The notes under the pieces: model-generated | Told to the model about the DNA's origin: nothing | Database searches by the model: none | Seen by the model: the letters and a program-made list of their open reading frames with translations, nothing else | Shown here: piece after piece, positions 55,814-64,000 of the stretch | How the letters are laid out: the number at the start of each line of letters is the position of its first letter | How positions within the stretch are numbered: position 1 is the first letter of the stretch | Made by a program: the position numbers and the translations under genes | IMG/VR virus record: IMGVR_UViG_3300021958_000023 | Span: 32,001 to 96,000 of that record | Source: a virus | Lineage: Duplodnaviria > Caudoviricetes | Reading direction: 5' to 3' (one strand) | DNA length: 64,000 bases

Positions 55814-56676
55814 TGGACTTAACTGATTTATTAACTGATAAAGGTATATATTATAAAAAATCAAACAACCCAAGTGAGATTCTTATCACTTGTACATCTG
55901 GTGAGCACGTAGATAAAGATCCAAGTCTTAGTTACAATCTTGAAAAAGATATGTTTCATTGTTGGAGTTGTGGATTTAAAGGCAGTAAACGCAAATTTCT
56001 TGAAAGTATTGGTGTTTCTAGTAATATTACTTTTGAAACAAAACAATCTTTTAAGATACAAAAGTTAAAAAATAAAATCACAAAACTAATGGAAGCCAAT
56101 GAATGTAATATGCCTACAGAATTTAGACTTTGGAATCAGAGTTACAAAGGTATTAATGAGAAAACGTTAAAAGAATTTGGTTGTTTTACTACAACAGAGA
56201 TGGGTTTTGAAGACTATCTTTGTATTCCTGTTTATCAATTTGGTAAATTAAAGTTTATTGAGGGAAGATATAGATTTAATTCAAAAAACAAACCAAAATA
56301 TAATCGTAAGCCTAATGGTGTAAATGTAACAAATATTGCATTTCCTTTAGATAAGCTTGAAGACAAATCTAAAGTTATAATAGTTGAAGGTATATTTGAT
56401 ATGTTAAACCTATGGCAACACGGAGTCAGAAACGTTTTATGTGTTTTCGGAACACAAAACTTTGGTGATCAAAAGATAAAACTATTTGATGATGTAGGTA
56501 TTAGAAATGTTCAAATCATGTTTGATGGTGATGCTGCCGGACAAAGTGCTGCAGGAAAAATAAGAAATTTATTAACTAAGAATAATATTTCGTCTAGTAT
56601 TATAAAGGTTCCACTAGGTAAAGATCCTGGATTATTAGTACCAGATGAAATAAAATCTCTATTGTCTAATGGATAA
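55813..56676 (+). CDS. DNA primase (Zn-binding domain plus TOPRIM)
   Basis: C...HVDKDPS...FHCWSCG, IIVEGIFD, MFDGDAAG, KDPG. Likely start is MDLTDLL at 55813. Confidence 0.92.
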   Translation: MDLTDLLTDKGIYYKKSNNPSEILITCTSGEHVDKDPSLSYNLEKDMFHCWSCGFKGSKRKFLESIGVSSNITFETKQSFKIQKLKNKITKLMEANECNMPTEFRLWNQSYKGINEKTLKEFGCFTTTEMGFEDYLCIPVYQFGKLKFIEGRYRFNSKNKPKYNRKPNGVNVTNIAFPLDKLEDKSKVIIVEGIFDMLNLWQHGVRNVLCVFGTQNFGDQKIKLFDDVGIRNVQIMFDGDAAGQSAAGKIRNLLTKNNISSSIIKVPLGKDPGLLVPDEIKSLLSNG

Positions 56677-56690
56677 AATGTTGATATAAT
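56662..56690 (+). promoter_or_regulatory. Sigma70-type promoter upstream of DNA polymerase
   Basis: TTGTCT-17-TATAAT. Confidence 0.55.
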
Positions 56691-56719
56691 TATGTATGAA
56701 TTAAGAATGAGGAAAAGTT

Positions 56720-58963
56720 ATGAGTAAAAAAATTGCATTTGTTTATCCAGCTAAGATAAACAACCCAGACAAAACACTTGCTAAATTTATGGATAAGCAT
56801 ATCAGTGATGAGGCTGACTATGTATTCCTATGTTCTCAAGAAAAAGAAAAAATCTTGAAAAAAGATATTGATTGCGATATTGATAATCTAAAAAACACTT
56901 ATGAGATTATTGTTCCAATTGGTGCAGAAGCTCTTAAATATGTTTGTGGTCTTACAGGTATTACAAAATATAACGGTATGTTTATTGAAAAGAAATTTCT
57001 TCCGTTAATTAATCCCTCTATGATTGTGTTCAAACCACAATACGAAGAAGACATTATTAAAGCATTTAATATGTTGGGCAAAATCTTAGTTGGCGAAGTT
57101 GATAATACTGCTCATGAAAAAGATTATCGCTTTATTGATAATCGTAATCAATTTGAAGAATACTTAGAAATACTAAAACAAGCAGATCCAATTGTAGTAG
57201 ATATTGAAACTTCTGGTCTTAATCCAAGAAGTTCAAACGTGCTTGGTATTGCTTTAAGCACTAAACCCCATGAAGGCGTATATGTATCTTCTGAGATCTG
57301 CCACGCTTACAAGTCTGAAATACACGAGTTATTCAAAACTAGAAAATGTATTTTTCATAACGGAAAATTTGATATGGGTTTTTTAGAGTATGAATTTGAT
57401 TTTGAGTTTCCTGATTTTGATGACACAATGCTTATGCATTACTGCCTTGAAGAAGCTGTAGGAACACACGGTCTTAAACCTCTTGCGCTTAGATTTACGG
57501 ATCTAGGTGATTATGAAAAAGAACTAGATGATTACAAAAAAGTATTTTGTCGAAAGAATAAGATTAAACTAGATGAGTTTAACTATGGTATGATTCCTAT
57601 TGATATTCTTGCTCCTTATGCAGAACGTGATGCTGATGCTACATTTCAATTATATAATAAATTCTGGCCTTTGATAGATCGTAGCGAGGGTTTTACAAAA
57701 CTATACAAAGAAATACTACTACCTGCAACATCAGCTCTTATGCGCCTTGAGAAAAATGGTGGTTATATCGATACTTCTATGTTACAATCTGTTAAAGAAA
57801 ACTATGAGATAGATATTGAAGAATGTATTAATGAAATTTCAATGCACGAAGCTGTACAACGTTATGAAAAACTACACGAAAAAACTTTTAACCCAAATAG
57901 CACTCTTCAATTGCGTGAAGTATTCTTTAAGATTCTTAGATTAAAGTCTACGAAGAAAACTTCGACTGGTGCAGAGTCTACAGATAAAGAGGTATTACAA
58001 GAACTAAACCATCCTCTTGCAGAAGCTATTCTTGATTTAAGAGAAAAATCAAAACTTACAAACACTTATTTATCTAATATTCAAAACGGAGTAGATGCGG
58101 ATAGTCGTTTACGTTCAGGATTTAATATTCATGGAACAACCTCTGGTCGTTTATCTTCTAGTGGTAATCTAAACTATCAAAATATTCCTCGTGATAATAA
58201 AGATATTAAAAAAATGTTTAGAGCGAGAGATGGATTTAAAATTATGCAGTGTGATCTTCAAACTGCTGAGGTTTATTATGCGGCAGCTCTGAGTAATGAT
58301 AGATTCTTACAACGAGCCTTTATTGAAAAGCTTGACTTTCATTCCTATATTGCTAAACAGATTTTTAACCTTCCTTGTGATGTGAATGAAGTAAAAAACA
58401 CTTTTGGAGATAAAAGACAACACGCTAAAGCTATTACTTTTGGTATTATGTATCAAGCTGGTCCTGCAAAAATTGCAGAAACAGCAGGTGTTGGTTTTCA
58501 GGAAGCTAAATCTTTTATCAACAAATACTTTAACGAAGCCTATAATCTAAAGCGTTGGATTGATTCAGCTAATAGACAGATTGAATTAAATGCTTATATC
58601 TATTCATACTTTGGTCGTAAGCGTAGACTTCCTGAGTCTCGTTCTCCAAATCAAGGAGTATCTAAACACGCTATTCGTTCTGGTGTTAACTTCTTAGTAC
58701 AATCTGTAGCATCTGATATTAATGTTTTAGGATTAATTGATGCTATGAAGTGGATTGATGATAAAGGATATCAAGAAGATATTCTTCCTTTTACAGTTGT
58801 GCACGACTCTATTGTTGCCGAAGTTAGAGAAGATCTGTGTGAAGAATGGGCAATCAATTGTACAAAAGCACTTCAATCTCCTAGAGGAGTAGAAATTGAG
58901 GGCTGTCCTATTGGTGTTGATTTTGAAATCGGTCCTAGCTGGGGAGAATTAGAGGGGTTTTAA
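56720..58963 (+). CDS. Family A DNA polymerase with 3'-5' exonuclease and N-terminal degenerate UDG-like domain
   Basis: DIETSG, HNGKFD, YAERDADAT (Exo I-III); TTSGRLSS, DLQTAE, RQHAKAITFGIMY, VHDSI. Confidence 0.95.
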   Translation: MSKKIAFVYPAKINNPDKTLAKFMDKHISDEADYVFLCSQEKEKILKKDIDCDIDNLKNTYEIIVPIGAEALKYVCGLTGITKYNGMFIEKKFLPLINPSMIVFKPQYEEDIIKAFNMLGKILVGEVDNTAHEKDYRFIDNRNQFEEYLEILKQADPIVVDIETSGLNPRSSNVLGIALSTKPHEGVYVSSEICHAYKSEIHELFKTRKCIFHNGKFDMGFLEYEFDFEFPDFDDTMLMHYCLEEAVGTHGLKPLALRFTDLGDYEKELDDYKKVFCRKNKIKLDEFNYGMIPIDILAPYAERDADATFQLYNKFWPLIDRSEGFTKLYKEILLPATSALMRLEKNGGYIDTSMLQSVKENYEIDIEECINEISMHEAVQRYEKLHEKTFNPNSTLQLREVFFKILRLKSTKKTSTGAESTDKEVLQELNHPLAEAILDLREKSKLTNTYLSNIQNGVDADSRLRSGFNIHGTTSGRLSSSGNLNYQNIPRDNKDIKKMFRARDGFKIMQCDLQTAEVYYAAALSNDRFLQRAFIEKLDFHSYIAKQIFNLPCDVNEVKNTFGDKRQHAKAITFGIMYQAGPAKIAETAGVGFQEAKSFINKYFNEAYNLKRWIDSANRQIELNAYIYSYFGRKRRLPESRSPNQGVSKHAIRSGVNFLVQSVASDINVLGLIDAMKWIDDKGYQEDILPFTVVHDSIVAEVREDLCEEWAINCTKALQSPRGVEIEGCPIGVDFEIGPSWGELEGF

Positions 58964-59485
58964 ATGATAAGTAAAATTATTGATACTATTAACTATCCTG
59001 CATTTGCACTAAAAGAAGCTCCTTATAAAGTAACTTTTAAAGAAGATAGTATTACTATTATAAAACAACCTGATGGTAAAGAATATATTTTTGATGTTAT
59101 GGTTGAAGATGCTAATTCTTATGTAGAAAGACTATTTTATATAGAAGAAGAAATGAGTAATAGAATACAGTTTGACTACACTATCCTAAATAAAGAACAA
59201 CTGGTTTTTAGTTATGAAAATCTAGGATGGTGTGTTGATGCTGTTGGAAAAATATTTAATCTAGGACACAAACAAAACTTACCAGTACAGTGTAGAAAAG
59301 TAAAGAATATTAAAGGAAATAAAATCTGGTTAGAAAAAATACTCGCTCCATTTAATCTTCCTGTAATAGTAGAAGAATCAAATGCAGATGAGCTATGGGC
59401 TACTATAGTAAGTATTAATAATGTTTGGTATATTAAAAAACTTTCATATGAATATATTAACTATGATAACTATTTAGTAACATGA
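58964..59485 (+). CDS. Hypothetical protein between polymerase and D10 helicase
   Basis: Coupled ORF in a T5-like position. Confidence 0.7.
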   Translation: MISKIIDTINYPAFALKEAPYKVTFKEDSITIIKQPDGKEYIFDVMVEDANSYVERLFYIEEEMSNRIQFDYTILNKEQLVFSYENLGWCVDAVGKIFNLGHKQNLPVQCRKVKNIKGNKIWLEKILAPFNLPVIVEESNADELWATIVSINNVWYIKKLSYEYINYDNYLVT

Positions 59486-60780
59486 CAGAAAAAATTAATA
59501 TTAAATACGCATCTCTATCAGATAAAATATATATCAATGGTGATGCGATAGAAGACATTGAGAAGTTTGAAAGAGCGTATAGTTATATACTAGACGATGT
59601 AACTTTTTATACCTATGATTATGATGAAGAAGAAGACGTATATTCAGTGCCTTCAAACTCTTATTATAAGTTGAATATTCAAGAATATAAAGATAAGAGA
59701 AATTTCTTTGCTAATGAAGCAGACAAAGCATTTAAATTTGCCGGTAGTCTTAGAGAAGAACAGCAAGATGTAGTAGATGCTTTCTTTAAGATAGGTAGAG
59801 TAAGAAGTGGTTTATTTCAGGCGCCTTGTGGTTGGGGTAAAACTTATGCAGCGTGCTCTCTTATTGCTCAAGCTGATATGCCTACACTCATTATTGTTCA
59901 TACAAAACTACTATTTAAACAGTGGCAACAAGAATTAGAGAAACTAATACCAAATGCAGATATTGGATATATCGGAGATGGAGACTTTAAATTAACTAAT
60001 TTAACTGTTGGAATATATAAAAGTGTTCATAATAATATGGAGCATATTAGAGATAAGTTTAGTTTAATTTTTGTAGACGAAGCACATCTGTGTCCTGCTG
60101 ATTTATTTTCTACTACAGTTAATAATATTAATTGTAAGATTAAAATAGCAGTAACAGCAACTCCCCGTAGAAAAGACGGAAAACACATTGTATTAAATGA
60201 CTTTTTTACACCGTTCAGAGTAGTAGCACGAGACGAAAAAGAGCACGAAACTCCTCGTATAGAATTAATACATACGGACGTAGCCTTTAATGTTATAGAG
60301 CCTAAACGAGACTGGTCAAGGCAAATGAATAAAATAACACAAAATAAAGCTTTATTATCTCTTATAGCAAAAGAAGCTACTCAAGACATAGCAAACGGTA
60401 GATGCTTATTGATATTATCTGAAAGAGTTGATATGTTAAAAACTCTGCAAAAAATGATAAATAAAAGCGTATTACTTATTGGTGAAACAGGTGAAGAAGA
60501 TAGAAAAGAAATATTAAAAACAGCAGGGTCTAAATATATGGCGATACTTTCTACAAAAATATTTGATGAAGGTATCTCATGTCATAGGTTAGACACTCTT
60601 TATCTAACCTGTCCTAATAATAACCCTATCAAATTAGAACAAAGAATTGGTAGAATAATCAGAGAACACCCAGAAAAGAATGTTCCTCTTGTAAAAGATT
60701 TTTGGTTTAAAGGAGCCATTGTTAATAATCAACAAAGAAAAAGATTAGAATGGTATAAAACCAGAGGGTATGTATTGTGA
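59482..60780 (+). CDS. SF2 helicase (T5 D10/UvsW-like)
   Basis: LREEQ, APCGWGKT, DEAH, TATPRRKDG, EQRIGRIIR. Confidence 0.92.
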   Translation: MTEKINIKYASLSDKIYINGDAIEDIEKFERAYSYILDDVTFYTYDYDEEEDVYSVPSNSYYKLNIQEYKDKRNFFANEADKAFKFAGSLREEQQDVVDAFFKIGRVRSGLFQAPCGWGKTYAACSLIAQADMPTLIIVHTKLLFKQWQQELEKLIPNADIGYIGDGDFKLTNLTVGIYKSVHNNMEHIRDKFSLIFVDEAHLCPADLFSTTVNNINCKIKIAVTATPRRKDGKHIVLNDFFTPFRVVARDEKEHETPRIELIHTDVAFNVIEPKRDWSRQMNKITQNKALLSLIAKEATQDIANGRCLLILSERVDMLKTLQKMINKSVLLIGETGEEDRKEILKTAGSKYMAILSTKIFDEGISCHRLDTLYLTCPNNNPIKLEQRIGRIIREHPEKNVPLVKDFWFKGAIVNNQQRKRLEWYKTRGYVL

Positions 60781-61223
60781 AATATATGTTTAACTGGTTT
60801 GATCTAAAAACAAAATCCAATAACGAACCAGAATCTATATTAATCTTGACATATGCTATCACAAAAAGTTATAATTCTATTATAGCGTGGAATTCGAAAC
60901 ACCTTATGAATTCTTTAAAGATTAATAGAATACCTAGCACTTTGTTTAAAAGAAACTTATTAGTAAATACAAAAAAAGGTATAGTAAGTAAGTATAAAAC
61001 AACATTACCTGATGCATATTTTAAAAATAAAAGATTTTTATTTTTAGATGTTTCATTAGAACAAAAAATAAATTACATATATTTATTAGGTCACAGAAAG
61101 TTATCTAATGAAAATGATTATTTAGATATTGATAATTTTAAAGATGAAATTATTGCCAATCTTTATAATCCACTGACAAAACATGAAAACAACAACTTAA
61201 AATTTATCTATGAAGGAGAATGA
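60777..61223 (+). CDS. Hypothetical protein (T5-like position between D10 and D11)
   Basis: Coupled ORF; FNW... and FIYE ends. Confidence 0.7.
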   Translation: MKYMFNWFDLKTKSNNEPESILILTYAITKSYNSIIAWNSKHLMNSLKINRIPSTLFKRNLLVNTKKGIVSKYKTTLPDAYFKNKRFLFLDVSLEQKINYIYLLGHRKLSNENDYLDIDNFKDEIIANLYNPLTKHENNNLKFIYEGE

Positions 61224-61879
61224 TCATGGTATCATGGGACAAAACACAAGGAATCAAATCACAAGGCTCAAGCGATAGAAAAGAAATTCAAAGAATCACA
61301 CTACAAAACGGAGATAATAAAATTAGACTAATTGGCGAAGTATTGCCTCGCTATGTGTACTGGCTAACTACCAAAGACGGAAAACGTATGCCAGTAGAAT
61401 GTTTAAAGTTTGACCGAAACACCGAACAGTTTTCTGGAACAGAAGATCCTTTTGATGAAATTTCACCTGATATCTATGCAGATAAGCCTCAATTTGCTTA
61501 CGTATGTAATGTGATTGATCGAGGAGATAATCAAGTAAAACTATTTGATTTAAAAGCAACTATTTATCGTCAAATTGTAGACTTTGCTAAAGATGCTGAA
61601 TATGGTAATCCAGCAGACGAAGCATCAGGGTATGACATTACTATTGTAAAAGAAAAAACAGGTCCTTTGCCTCAAAACGTAAAGTATACTGTAAGACCCG
61701 CAAGAGCATCTACAGCATTAACTGATGAAGAAAAGTCGGCAGATCTATTTGAACTAGATCGTATCTATAAGAGACCTGACTATACAGAACAAAAACGTTG
61801 GTTGTTAGAAAACACTACTATGTTTGCAGCTGACGATGACAACTCGTTTTCGCCTGAAAGCGTAGAGGACCTTGACTAA
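61220..61879 (+). CDS. ssDNA-binding protein (T5 D11-like)
   Basis: RLIGEVLPRYVYW, PVECL.FDR, KTGPLPQNVKY, acidic C-terminal tail. Confidence 0.8.
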   Translation: MIMVSWDKTQGIKSQGSSDRKEIQRITLQNGDNKIRLIGEVLPRYVYWLTTKDGKRMPVECLKFDRNTEQFSGTEDPFDEISPDIYADKPQFAYVCNVIDRGDNQVKLFDLKATIYRQIVDFAKDAEYGNPADEASGYDITIVKEKTGPLPQNVKYTVRPARASTALTDEEKSADLFELDRIYKRPDYTEQKRWLLENTTMFAADDDNSFSPESVEDLD

Positions 61880-62727
61880 TGGCTAAAAAATACAAACTTT
61901 CAGATATACTAGAAGAAAATGAAAGTAAACCGGCACAATCTCCTCAGAAAAAAACTGAGGGGGCAGTGTCACTACCTGCCGCTATAAAACAAATTGAAGG
62001 CAATCAAGTTACTATTGATACTTCAGTGTTAAGAAAGAATAATATCTTTTTTGCCACACCTTGTTATGGTGGATTAATTACTGATCAATTCTTTTTAAGT
62101 ATGTTTAAAACTACACAAACACTAATTCAGCACGGGATTAATTTTAGACTTACTACTCTTAGAAATGAAAGTCTAATTACGAGAGCACGTAATATTCTTA
62201 CTGCTATGTTTTTAGAAAGTAATTGTACTCATTTGATGTTTATTGACGCAGATATTGAATGGGATTCAGAAGCAATTATTAGAATGTTAGCAATGGATAA
62301 ACCTATTATTGCAGGAGCGTATCCAAAAAAGACTTTACCAATAGACTATGCAATTAATTTAAAGTTTGTTGATAAAGAGCGTAAACAAGTAAGAGTAGAA
62401 AACGGAGCAGTTGAAGTTTTAGATGCTTCTACAGGATTTTTTATGATTCGTAGAGATACTATTGAAAAAATGATTGAAGCATATCCAGAACTCTACTATA
62501 TTAACGATAGTTCTATTGACCCTAAATTTAATCAATACTGCTATTCACTATTTGATACTATTCATGATCCAGATGATAATAGATACCTATCAGAAGACTA
62601 TACTTTCTGTCGTCGTTGGCAGAAAATTGGTGGAGAAATCTGGTTAGATCCAAATACTAAACTTAATCATGTTGGAAGTTATACTTTCCAGGGTGATGTT
62701 AACAAAATATTTAATTGGAATAATTAA
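61879..62727 (+). CDS. GT-A fold glycosyltransferase-like protein
   Basis: FATPCYGG, ESLITRARN, THLMFIDADI, GAYPKK, YLSEDYTFC.RW..IGG.IW.D. Confidence 0.8.
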   Translation: MAKKYKLSDILEENESKPAQSPQKKTEGAVSLPAAIKQIEGNQVTIDTSVLRKNNIFFATPCYGGLITDQFFLSMFKTTQTLIQHGINFRLTTLRNESLITRARNILTAMFLESNCTHLMFIDADIEWDSEAIIRMLAMDKPIIAGAYPKKTLPIDYAINLKFVDKERKQVRVENGAVEVLDASTGFFMIRRDTIEKMIEAYPELYYINDSSIDPKFNQYCYSLFDTIHDPDDNRYLSEDYTFCRRWQKIGGEIWLDPNTKLNHVGSYTFQGDVNKIFNWNN

Positions 62728-63696
62728 ATGACAAAAATACTTCACTCAGCTGACTGGCACATTAACCTACATAAGAAAAAAGTACCTATTGAGTGGCAAG
62801 AAAAACGTTTCAAGCTGATGTTTCAAAAACTTCATCAGCTTGAAGAATCTTGTGACATACACATCATTGCAGGAGATGTATTCGACAGAAAGCCAGAACC
62901 TGATGAAATATGTTTGTTTTTATCTTACATTAATTGTGTGTCTATACCTACCTATATAATTCCAGGTAATCATGAAGCAACAAAGAAGGGCGAAACCTTT
63001 TTAGAGCACTTTTTAGAAGACGCAGTTATTACTAATCCTAACGTCAGACTTTTTACCAAAAATCAAAGAATAAAAGAGCCTAATGAGCCAGGAATACAGT
63101 TTTGGCCATACGGAGAAATGCAAGTAGATAACTTACCAGAATATCATGAAGGAGATATTTTAGTTGCACATATTAGAGGTGAAGTACCTCCTCATATTAC
63201 GGCTGAGTATGATTTTGAAAAGATTAGAAAATGGGGTTTAATCTTATTAGGAGATATTCACTTTAATCATAGGTATAAAGATTATGGAGCCTATTATAGC
63301 GGTAGTCCTATAAACACTCATTTTGATCGTGATAATAACAAAGAATATGGAGTTAATATATTTAATTTTATTGATAGTTCTAATTATTCAGTTGAATTTA
63401 TTGATTTAAAGCTACCAAAACTAATCAGAAAAACAATAAAATCTGAAGAAGAGATGAAACCTGATGGCTATGACCATGTAGTGTATGAAGTTGTAGGGTC
63501 GATTGATGATCTTTCAAAAATTAAAAATTCAGAATTACTAGATAAAAAAGTGTCTTATGAACCGTCAGAAGAAGCTACACTAGATTTAAAAAATTTATCA
63601 CTAACAGAAGAATTAAGAAAGTATCTTGAATATATAAAGGTCTCAGACATTGAAGGTACTCTAAACGAATTTAATGATTTACAGGTAGAAAAATGA
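62728..63696 (+). CDS. SbcD/Mre11-like nuclease (T5 D12-like)
   Basis: SADWH, AGDVFD, PGNHE, LGDIH, YSGSP. Confidence 0.9.
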   Translation: MTKILHSADWHINLHKKKVPIEWQEKRFKLMFQKLHQLEESCDIHIIAGDVFDRKPEPDEICLFLSYINCVSIPTYIIPGNHEATKKGETFLEHFLEDAVITNPNVRLFTKNQRIKEPNEPGIQFWPYGEMQVDNLPEYHEGDILVAHIRGEVPPHITAEYDFEKIRKWGLILLGDIHFNHRYKDYGAYYSGSPINTHFDRDNNKEYGVNIFNFIDSSNYSVEFIDLKLPKLIRKTIKSEEEMKPDGYDHVVYEVVGSIDDLSKIKNSELLDKKVSYEPSEEATLDLKNLSLTEELRKYLEYIKVSDIEGTLNEFNDLQVEK

Positions 63697-64000
63697 AACT
63701 AGAATGTCTCTATCCTGATTATGGATATTTTTTATATACAGAAGCAACAGAGATTAATCAGTATAAACAAGAAATAGCTGAATATGCAATAAAGACTTTT
63801 CAAAGTGATTTTGATTTACAGTTTGGTTATAATGTCAGACTAGATCCTCATAAATTTCCTTTGATTAAAGAGATATATGCTTATTTTTTCAAACTGTGTG
63901 TTAATAACTTTGATAATGTAATTGTAGATCAGAGAAATAGAGAAATTGCTTGGACTTATGTACAAAATAAAGAAACTAGCAGTAATGTGTGGCATAATCA
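63693..64000 (+). CDS. Probable 2OG-Fe(II) oxygenase, truncated by the window end
   Basis: Not in track. ATGA-coupled; MKLECLYPDYG...EIAWTYVQNKETSSNVWHNH. Confidence 0.55.
   Translation, partial: MKLECLYPDYGYFLYTEATEINQYKQEIAEYAIKTFQSDFDLQFGYNVRLDPHKFPLIKEIYAYFFKLCVNNFDNVIVDQRNREIAWTYVQNKETSSNVWHN

Noticed and set aside
1-64000. Stop-codon reassignment as in some large phages
   Set aside because: Conserved genes are full length under the standard code, and TAA, TAG and TGA all terminate coupled genes.

Overview
This window is a 64-kb segment of a large, AT-rich, tailed dsDNA phage, most likely marine. Its replication module has T5-like content and order: PC4, D3/D5/D2-like proteins, NAD-dependent ligase, DnaB-type helicase, primase, family A polymerase, D10 helicase, D11 SSB and a D12/SbcD nuclease. 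The probable host is an alphaproteobacterium, inferred from a circularly permuted two-piece tmRNA with a GGCAGUA T-loop and the tag ANDNFAIEDYRLAA. The left half (1-32.1 kb) is mostly on the minus strand. It carries tail-fibre/virion proteins, two tRNAs, thyX, a lysis cassette, IscA, an exonuclease and a zinc-less Fpg. A ~10-kb plus-strand island (6848-16771) interrupts it. The island encodes four radical SAM/SPASM-type enzymes, a JmjC and two other 2OG-Fe(II) oxygenases, a GNAT and unknown ORFs, all around a 200-aa virion-like protein ending in CHASCHSNCHGSRGRR. This is the best candidate for an undescribed system: a phage-encoded, RiPP-like post-translational modification pathway. The right half (32.3-64 kb) is on the plus strand. 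It carries bS21, tmRNA, an outer-membrane protein, a ~12-kb glycosylation island (ColD, Gmd, ~8 glycosyltransferases), a PiT-like transporter, UvsE and the replication genes. Other notable items are a riboswitch/attenuator-like leader, promoters embedded in RBS-sequestering hairpins, four modular virion proteins with a shared N-terminal anchor (one has a type-1 copper site), and an unannotated metallothionein-like ORF. All calls come from motif recognition by eye; no database search was run.
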